Assembly (NCBI GenBank): GCA_051439505.1
Contig: JBFRWI010000165.1
Location: 1 to 33,200 of the forward strand
Length of the DNA stretch: 33,200 nt
Reading direction: 5' to 3'
DNA from: Hormoscilla sp.
Lineage (GTDB): Bacteria; Cyanobacteriota; Cyanobacteriia; Cyanobacteriales; Desertifilaceae
Shown here: positions 26,456 to 33,200 of the stretch, piece after piece
Position numbering within the stretch: the stretch's first letter is position 1
Layout of the letters: each line of letters begins with the position of its first letter
Notes under the pieces: generated by a model
The model's input: the letters and a program-made list of their open reading frames with translations, nothing else
Databases searched by the model: none
What the model was told of the DNA's origin: nothing
Position numbers and translations under genes: made by a program

Positions 26456-29400
26456 TCAAAGTCTTACGCCTTCGATCTCTTCTTCTGCCCGATCGTACAA
26501 CTCCCGCAACTTCTCCAACTTCTCTCCATCGGGTTGCCAGAAACCTCGCCCATTCGCTTCTAACATCCGACCCACTATATTCCGAAATGCCTCGGGGTTC
26601 GCTTCTCGCAGTTTGGACGCCATCTGCCCATCTAATGCATAGGTCTCTGCTGCCTGGTCGTACACCCAACTATCGGTGAAATTTGCTGTCCCTCCCCAAC
26701 CAATTAATGCTGTCATCCGCTGGGATATCTCATAGGCACCCCCCGAACCTTGATCTGCCATTGCTTCTGCCCATTTCGGATTTAGCAATTTGGTCCGATA
26801 TTCCATCCTCAGCACATCTTCTAAGTTCCGGGGTGTCGTATCTTTGGAGAAACTTTCTACAAAACTGGCCTGCACTTTTTCGCCCCGCTGTTTCTCTGCT
26901 GCTTGTTTTAATCCTCCCGTGTTCGCGTAATATTCCTGTATGTCTGTCAGGCCATATTCCACTGAGTCGATTTCTTGGATGATGCGATCGGTCGTCTGCA
27001 ACAGTTGATTAAATATTTCCTGTCTCGCTTCTCCTTTGTCCTTCCTGCCATAACTGAAGCGGTTCCGCCCCGCCCATGTATCCCCTAACTCGGACCCTGT
27101 TTCCCAGTTCCCGTCTACTACCCGATCGTTCACTAGGGAACCAAAATCTCCGGCGGGGTTAGAAAACAGTCTCGCTGCTGCATTTTCTACACCTTGCTTT
27201 TGCAAAGCTAAGGCATGTTTGCGGATAAAGTTCATCTCTTCGGGTTCCTCGGCATCCGCCGCCCTTTGGAACAAGTCGTCCAGCAATTCAATGATGTTCG
27301 CAAAGCTGTCTCGGAAGATCCCCGAAAGGTTGCCTAAAACATCAATCCGGGGATGATTTAATTCGGATAATGGTTTTAATTCATAGCGGACTATCCGCCC
27401 GGTTCCTTCTTTCACTGGAGAGGCCCCTACTAATTCTAGCAAAATCCCGATCGACTCTCCCCTGGTTTTGATTGCATCTAATCCCCACAGCATCACTGCT
27501 ACGGTTTCGGGATATTTTCCCTCTTCCTGAAGATGCTGGGCGAGGATCTTTTGCGCTATCTCTTGCCCCCGATCGCGCGCGGCAGGTGAGGGCATGCGAT
27601 AGGGGTCTAAGGCATGAATATTGCGACCGGTGGGCAATACTCCCGGACCATCCCGCAAGAGATCTCCACCTGGGGCGGCGGGGATATACTCGCCGTTCAA
27701 TCCTCGCAGCAGGTTGGTTAATTCATCTGGGGTTTGCATTAATAATTCGCGAATTGCCGATGATGATGTCTCGGGGCGATCGCCCAAATAAGCCTCCAGA
27801 TAGGATGTCATTTCCTCTTCATCGGGGGCTTTTCCCAATACATGCAACCCCGAGGAAAACAGCCGTTGTTCCAATATTTGTAGGTATTCGTAAATGTTGA
27901 CAAAATAGCGGTTTAATGCTTCAGCACTAAACATGCGCGCATTCTCAGATGTAAAGGCAATGCCTAATTTTTTTGCGTCCTCGAAGGGACAGTCGGCATC
28001 TAGTCCCGCGTCTACAATTTTCTGGCAAATAGCTTCCTTGAGGACGTAATCCTTTTCGGGGGATTCCCGATATTCGGAGATTAAATCTCGCAAGGCCAGC
28101 AATTCTTTGTATAACCCCGCCCGACCGTAGGGCGGGACATTGTGCGAAATTAAAACTCCATAGCCCCGCCGCTTTGCTAGCATAGATTCGGAGGGGTTGT
28201 TGGCAGCATAGATATAAAGATGGGGTAAGTCTCCCAGGAGTATGTCCGACCAGGAATAGCCGGTATTTCCTAAGGGCGACCCCGGTAACCATTCTACCGT
28301 GCCGTGCATCCCAAAGTGGACGATCGCATCTGCTTGGAATTCATTTTGCAGCCATTTGTAGAAGGCAGCATATTGGGGATGGGGGGTCAAATCTTTTTCA
28401 AACATGAGTCGCATGGGGTCCCCGGCAATTCCTAGGGGAGGTTGCACTCCGATCCAAATATTTCCCAACTGCACGCCGCCCAGGTAAAAGTCATCTCCCA
28501 AGGTTTTAATTCCCGTACCCGTGAGGGAATGCCATTGCTTCTCGATGCGGGTGGTTAATATATATCCCAGCCATTTATCTAGGCTTTTGACATTAACCTT
28601 GTTAGGAATTATATCCGAAACTTTGTTTTCCGTTATTTCATCTGCTTCCTTGACCATGCGGATCAGTTCTTCGGCATCTTCGGGAATATCCCCGACATGG
28701 TAACCTTCATATTTGAGGGCCTGGAGGAATTTTATCAGCGATCGGGGGACGTTCAGCAAGGCCGCCGTTCCCGTGGCACCATATCCGGGGGGGAACCCAT
28801 ACAGGATAATGGCAATTTTGCGATCGCCCTTCGGCAGTTGTCGCAATTTAATCCAGTTCTTAATTCTACCGGTCAGGCGCTGCACCCGATCGGGCATCAG
28901 ATAGATGTCTTCTCCAACCAAACCGCCCAGGGGTAAGGGGTCGATCGCGCCATCAAGTTCTGGCAAAGCATATAGTACGACCGTTTGCAAGCCGCCAATG
29001 CCCTGACGAGTCCAACTGTGAATATCTTGAATCAGCAAAGGTGCGGCAACAATATAAGGTACATTCTTAGCAGAGAGAATCTGTTTAGCGACTTCCACCT
29101 GACGACCTGCTGCCATGGAACCCGCCGGACCTCCGACCAAGGGAAAGCCGATGGTAGAAACTATAGCATCTACCTTTACTGCTTCTGGGGAGAGAGAATC
29201 TATTTCTATGTTACCCCCTTGGCGCTGAGTTTGTTCGGATGTCGTAGTCATCCAATCTCGCACGGCGACGTGACCTTCCACCCCATTGATAAAAATCGGT
29301 AAAGGGATTAATTCTGCGTCCTCAAAGTAGCGAATAAGCTGGTGGATATAGGCTTGTTTTGTGACCACATGCTTGCGATAAAGTAAGATGCCCACTACGG

Positions 29401-30091
29401 GTCTTGTAGTCCGGAACTTAGAGGGATACCATTCCAGGTATTGGCGGGGAGATGTGAAATAACCCTGATAGTCGGGATGGAGTAAACCCATGTTGGGAGT
29501 TTCCACGGGGGGCGGAATTTCTCCTACCTTTAACCCCAAGTATTTCTCCGCCAGTTGCCAGCACATGGCGGCGACGTTTTCTACACCGCCAGCATTCCAG
29601 TATCCGTAAATAATCAGCCAATTGCGCAAGTCTTGCACTTTCTGGACGGGTACATACTTTAACAGCTTCGGTCCGGTCTTCAGAAAGCTGATGTAACCTG
29701 CAAGCTTGTCTTCTTCCCGTCCTTTGCTAAATTTTTCCAGGACGAATTTAACGGGTTTGGGCATTCCTTTGGGTTTATCCCCAATCTTAAAAGCCCCAAT
29801 TTGAGTCAGACTCATTAATTCTAAGGCGGACTCGAACACGAGGCGAATGGGTATCTGCTGCACCCTCTCCCGCAACCACAGGACTTGGTCGTAGTCGAAA
29901 ATGAGACTGGCAAAGAAGACATCCGCCCCTCGGAGTGCCGCTTCGACCACTTCTGGTTCCGATGCCAAGGCCCGATCGCTAAACACGCGAATATCCAGTT
30001 CGCGGCAGCGGGAAGTAGCCAGATCGGCAGCTTGACGGTACAACTGGGCATTGAAGGATTCAAACCCGGCGATCAGGACGATGCGTTTCAT
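26456..30091 (-). CDS. bchH: Magnesium chelatase subunit H family protein (CobN/ChlH/BchH), second cyanobacterial paralogue
   Basis: STIGFPLVGGPAG, HFGMHGTVEWLPG, YAANNPSES, LPTGRNIHALDP, LLNPKW. 1211 aa. Confidence 0.9.
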   Translation of the reverse strand: MKRIVLIAGFESFNAQLYRQAADLATSRCRELDIRVFSDRALASEPEVVEAALRGADVFFASLIFDYDQVLWLRERVQQIPIRLVFESALELMSLTQIGAFKIGDKPKGMPKPVKFVLEKFSKGREEDKLAGYISFLKTGPKLLKYVPVQKVQDLRNWLIIYGYWNAGGVENVAAMCWQLAEKYLGLKVGEIPPPVETPNMGLLHPDYQGYFTSPRQYLEWYPSKFRTTRPVVGILLYRKHVVTKQAYIHQLIRYFEDAELIPLPIFINGVEGHVAVRDWMTTTSEQTQRQGGNIEIDSLSPEAVKVDAIVSTIGFPLVGGPAGSMAAGRQVEVAKQILSAKNVPYIVAAPLLIQDIHSWTRQGIGGLQTVVLYALPELDGAIDPLPLGGLVGEDIYLMPDRVQRLTGRIKNWIKLRQLPKGDRKIAIILYGFPPGYGATGTAALLNVPRSLIKFLQALKYEGYHVGDIPEDAEELIRMVKEADEITENKVSDIIPNKVNVKSLDKWLGYILTTRIEKQWHSLTGTGIKTLGDDFYLGGVQLGNIWIGVQPPLGIAGDPMRLMFEKDLTPHPQYAAFYKWLQNEFQADAIVHFGMHGTVEWLPGSPLGNTGYSWSDILLGDLPHLYIYAANNPSESMLAKRRGYGVLISHNVPPYGRAGLYKELLALRDLISEYRESPEKDYVLKEAICQKIVDAGLDADCPFEDAKKLGIAFTSENARMFSAEALNRYFVNIYEYLQILEQRLFSSGLHVLGKAPDEEEMTSYLEAYLGDRPETSSSAIRELLMQTPDELTNLLRGLNGEYIPAAPGGDLLRDGPGVLPTGRNIHALDPYRMPSPAARDRGQEIAQKILAQHLQEEGKYPETVAVMLWGLDAIKTRGESIGILLELVGASPVKEGTGRIVRYELKPLSELNHPRIDVLGNLSGIFRDSFANIIELLDDLFQRAADAEEPEEMNFIRKHALALQKQGVENAAARLFSNPAGDFGSLVNDRVVDGNWETGSELGDTWAGRNRFSYGRKDKGEARQEIFNQLLQTTDRIIQEIDSVEYGLTDIQEYYANTGGLKQAAEKQRGEKVQASFVESFSKDTTPRNLEDVLRMEYRTKLLNPKWAEAMADQGSGGAYEISQRMTALIGWGGTANFTDSWVYDQAAETYALDGQMASKLREANPEAFRNIVGRMLEANGRGFWQPDGEKLEKLRELYDRAEEEIEGVRL

Positions 30092-30148
30092 ATCCCTATC
30101 CTCAACAACGATTGTTATAATTCTGATTTCAATGATAAACTAATAAGG

Positions 30149-31984
30149 CTATACAGGTGAATATTCTTTAATCATCTTTATATACCTACGGTCTGTGATC
30201 GTGGTAAGCAACTCATTGTGAAGATTTATTTTTTGTTGACGATCTAACTGACCTTTTAGTAAAGCTACAGCAATAATTACCTTTGGTAGCGGATATGGAA
30301 ACCCGGAACTCGGCTGATGTTTGAGGTAGCTGCTTAACTGCTTATCTTTATCTAAATTAGGTAATCTTTTGACACTGGCTATGTGCTCAATTACTTGTAA
30401 CGCTTGGCCAAGTCCATTTCGAGTAATCGTTTCACATATATCACTACAATTTATATCTAATAGTGGAGTTATCCCAGCAATTTGTCTAGCTGTCCAAGAA
30501 GATTTTTCCCACAGATATTTTGATGAATTTATCAAATTAGTTAATTCGGATCTTGAACCATACTTGGCTAAAAGCCACACAGCAGCAATCACGCCTGAAG
30601 GCAAGTACGAATTATTCTTATTTACAACTTTCTGAGCAAGGGTAACGATCTGAGATACGAGTTTGCCTGTGGCTGGAGTTTCCCAAGCTATAATACATCG
30701 GACCGCTGCAAAAAGTGAGACTTCATCTTCACAGTGACCGGATACAACAAATTCTTCTATCATGCTCAGTCGTTTGCTAGTCGGACCAAGCCGTGCAAGG
30801 TATTTAAATGCTGGTTCTCTGAGATTTGGATGCTCTTCTAGCAATGCGGGAATATGCTTCTCCAAATATGGATCTCCTATACGACCAAAAAGAGTAAAAT
30901 AACGCTTCAATACTTTATCCCAATTTCCTATTTTATGTTCCCTATGTAATGTTTTTTTGTATTTGTTGAATTCTTTTTTCAGTTTATCTATATGTTTTTT
31001 TTGTGTCGCTGTACTTCCTGAACCATGCTTAATACAGTTATTAATAATTGTGAGTGCTCGGTTTTCCTGAACCCAGAAGTGAGCAATTGCCTCCTTACCA
31101 GATAGTATTTTACTTTTACTGGCGTTTAGCCTGAGTCCTTGACTGCCAAGGACGTTATCTAAATTTCGTAGTAGTCGTTTTCCCTCTTCCCGCGAATTAA
31201 CACCAGCATCAACATCATCCATCCATCTAACAAAGTCTCCATTGGTAGCTTTATCTAGTTCTTCATCAATTTTGAATAAGTATGCATGTGCTAGCAAACG
31301 CGGAGCATCAAACTGGATTTGAGGTAACCCAACGCCGGAATGAGGCATGTAATAGGGACGCCACGAAAATTCTTCAAGTAAATAAAATAACAGGTTGAGA
31401 AGATTCTCACTGAACTTTCCTAGAGATGCTATGGTATTACGGAGGGCTGTTAGAGGAATGCAGTCGAAGTAATTTGCAATATCGGCAACTACAACATATT
31501 GATGCGAACGGGTGAATTCCCATATCCGTTTCTGAAATTCTGGCCACAGTATCCACCAAGGATAAGCAAAAGTATCATCGACCTGCTCTACATAATTTGG
31601 TCCGTCGTGGCTACGCGAGTAATAGGCATTATCAGAAGGCTGTGCTTTTTTTAGTTCATCTTCAAGAACTTCGACAATACATTGAAGTGCAAGGGCATCC
31701 GCTGGTTATGGGATTGCTAGACGTCGAGGTATCCCATCTCTTTTTTCCTTATTTACAAACTCAGGGGCCGATGGTTTGTAGTGACCATCAAGCACATCCT
31801 CACGCAGGCGTTCGGCAAATGGTTTAATATTTCTGTGAATGTCTAGAAAATCATGAATATCCTCTAATGGCTGCTTGCGCAGTCCATTACGAACAGTTTT
31901 TTTCCAAACCTTGACCACTTTCTGAACTTGGAAAGTTTCCTCAAGCTCTACCGATAACTTCTGTGCGCGATTAGTCCCTTGCAT
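30149..31984 (-). pseudogene. Stand-alone reverse transcriptase (UG/Abi-like, ~611 codons) interrupted by one in-frame TAA at 31706-31708
   Basis: ORFs 31706-31984 and 30149-31348 are in the same frame, and the intervening 31349-31705 is stop-free. Motifs: EKRDGIPRRLAIP*PADAL, VVVADIANYFDCI, GLPQ...APRLLAHAYL, FVRWMDD, GLRLNASKSKI. Confidence 0.88.
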
Positions 31985-32011
31985 TTGAGATAAACCTCTA
32001 GTTTTTAAACT

Positions 32012-32020
32012 TGATTATAG
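32012..32020 (-). promoter_or_regulatory. Extended -10 promoter element TGcTATAAT for the RT gene
   Basis: Minus strand TGCTATAAT lies about 28 bp upstream of the ATG, with an AGAGG RBS-like sequence in between. Confidence 0.55.
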
Positions 32021-32095
32021 CAGCCCCCGATCGCCAGTTGGAAGCAGAGCTTCCGGAACTACCCCATCGCCTGTCTTGACGAGTGCGGTGAAGGG

Positions 32096-32353
32096 TTATA
32101 CTCCATACTTTGCTCTGATCTCCTCTATGCTAACACCCTTACCCTCTCTCAGATCCTTTCGGGCCTGCGCCACCCGAGAGAGAAATTTGGGATTATGTAA
32201 CAGTAGTTCTTCCCACCAGTCTTCAGGATCTTCTAAACCCATTAGAATTCCTACTGCTACTCCTTCGCGAGTGATAATTACATAATCCTTCTGGGCCTGC
32301 TGCAAATAACCTGATAAATCTGTTTCAACTTCTTCTATTGACACTTGCTTCAC
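32096..32353 (-). CDS. Phd/YefM family antitoxin
   Basis: LSGYLQQAQ..YVIITREGVAVGILM...ARKDLREGKGVSIEEI. The GTG at 32353 overlaps the toxin stop (GTGA). Confidence 0.85.
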   Translation of the reverse strand: MKQVSIEEVETDLSGYLQQAQKDYVIITREGVAVGILMGLEDPEDWWEELLLHNPKFLSRVAQARKDLREGKGVSIEEIRAKYGV

Positions 32354-32658
32354 GGTTCTTTCCTCCCGTACTCCGATAACCACGTGATTGCTTGAGGCTT
32401 TTCTTTAATTGCTATAATTTCTACTGCTTCCGTGTCTACATTATAAATCACATCGTAGAACACGCGCAAATTATCAATTCGTAACCGGTATTGTGGCCGC
32501 TGCATTCGGATCAGACGCTTTATGCGACTTTTGCTCACTTTCTCGGGCTCATATCTGAGATGTGTCTCAATTCCATCAAGAACTTTTGCCCGATCGCTTG
32601 CTCTGAGTGCTGCTATATCATCTTCTGCTGCTGGCGAAAAAATAATCTCGAATCTCAC
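32350..32658 (-). CDS. RelE/ParE family toxin
   Basis: IIFSPAAEDDI...IKRL....YRLRIDNLRVFYDV...VEIIAI. Confidence 0.88.
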   Translation of the reverse strand: MRFEIIFSPAAEDDIAALRASDRAKVLDGIETHLRYEPEKVSKSRIKRLIRMQRPQYRLRIDNLRVFYDVIYNVDTEAVEIIAIKEKPQAITWLSEYGRKEP

Positions 32659-32734
32659 AATCGTTACAGTATATCTAACTACCGTTGATGTTTACCTACT
32701 TTTAACGAACCCCAAAATAGATCTACGGTTAGCG

Positions 32735-32971
32735 TCATTCATAAATGCTGTCTCTGCTAAAGGCTCGATCGGATAGACTCGGACTATTGAAGGGAAGTTG
32801 CGAGATCCAGGCGCGAAAATCCCTAGCCCGTTCCTCTGGTGTTTGCCAACGAGAAGCAACTCTCTCAAGCTTACCAGTCTCAAACTCTCGCGATGCAATC
32901 AAATCAGCAATTATTTTCAGTTGCTCATCGCTGAGTTTATCTATTTCTTGCTTCAGGTTTTCTTTGAGCAT
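32735..32971 (-). CDS. Small antitoxin-like protein (VapB/DUF2281-like), no adjacent PIN toxin
   Basis: LKQEIDKLSDEQL..IADLI N-terminus and SLSDRAFSRDSIYE C-terminus; GGAGG upstream. Confidence 0.6.
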   Translation of the reverse strand: MLKENLKQEIDKLSDEQLKIIADLIASREFETGKLERVASRWQTPEERARDFRAWISQLPFNSPSLSDRAFSRDSIYE

Positions 32972-33200
32972 AATTACGGTTCGTATAACCTCCTCAACCC
33001 AACAGTTCCATGATATACCAACCTATTGCTTTTGACAACCCCATATGCCCGACCCATGTTATCTTCTTCTCAACAATCGCTCAAATCTATGTATCCCAAG
33101 GGTTTTAATAATTGTTAAATTTTTATTAAGCTTGCCACTGTCCCCCCCGATCGCCGGTTATCAGCAGCTTGCTACCACATCGGACGCGCTGTCTTTATTC

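Noticed and set aside
31985..32095. Retron msr-msd or DRT ncRNA upstream of the RT
   Set aside because: Only 111 bp, no long a1/a2 inverted repeat, one short hairpin (GGAAGC-aga-GCTTCC), and the likely promoter lies downstream of that hairpin.
33000..33200. Possible gene end or RNA at the right edge
   Set aside because: Too little sequence and no recognisable motif.

Overview
Cyanobacterial chromosomal window (frequent HIP1 GCGATCGC octamers, heptamer tandem repeats, GTAG-type REP palindromes), probably a filamentous strain. From left to right: the 3' end of an NB-ARC/STAND-like gene and a dense REP/MITE patch; a small PD-(D/E)xK nuclease-like gene; then a long minus-strand signalling/carbon block. 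That block is an icfG-type cluster (NTF2-like, DJ-1/PfpI, AGE-family epimerase, STAS, glgX, STAS, SDR, GAF-SpoIIE phosphatase, RsbW-like kinase) running into two Cya2-type class III cyclases, a DUF928 gene and a decayed CHAT gene, and it is divergent from a LysR regulator. Next come small genes, a HEPN + ParA-like ATPase pair and a 1211-aa Mg-chelatase H paralogue. The strongest candidate for an undescribed system is an AT-rich stand-alone ~611-codon reverse transcriptase (WMDD motif, helical C-terminus) that the ORF track splits because of a single in-frame TAA. A RelE/Phd toxin-antitoxin pair and an orphan antitoxin-like gene end the window. All calls come from reading motifs by eye; no searches were run.
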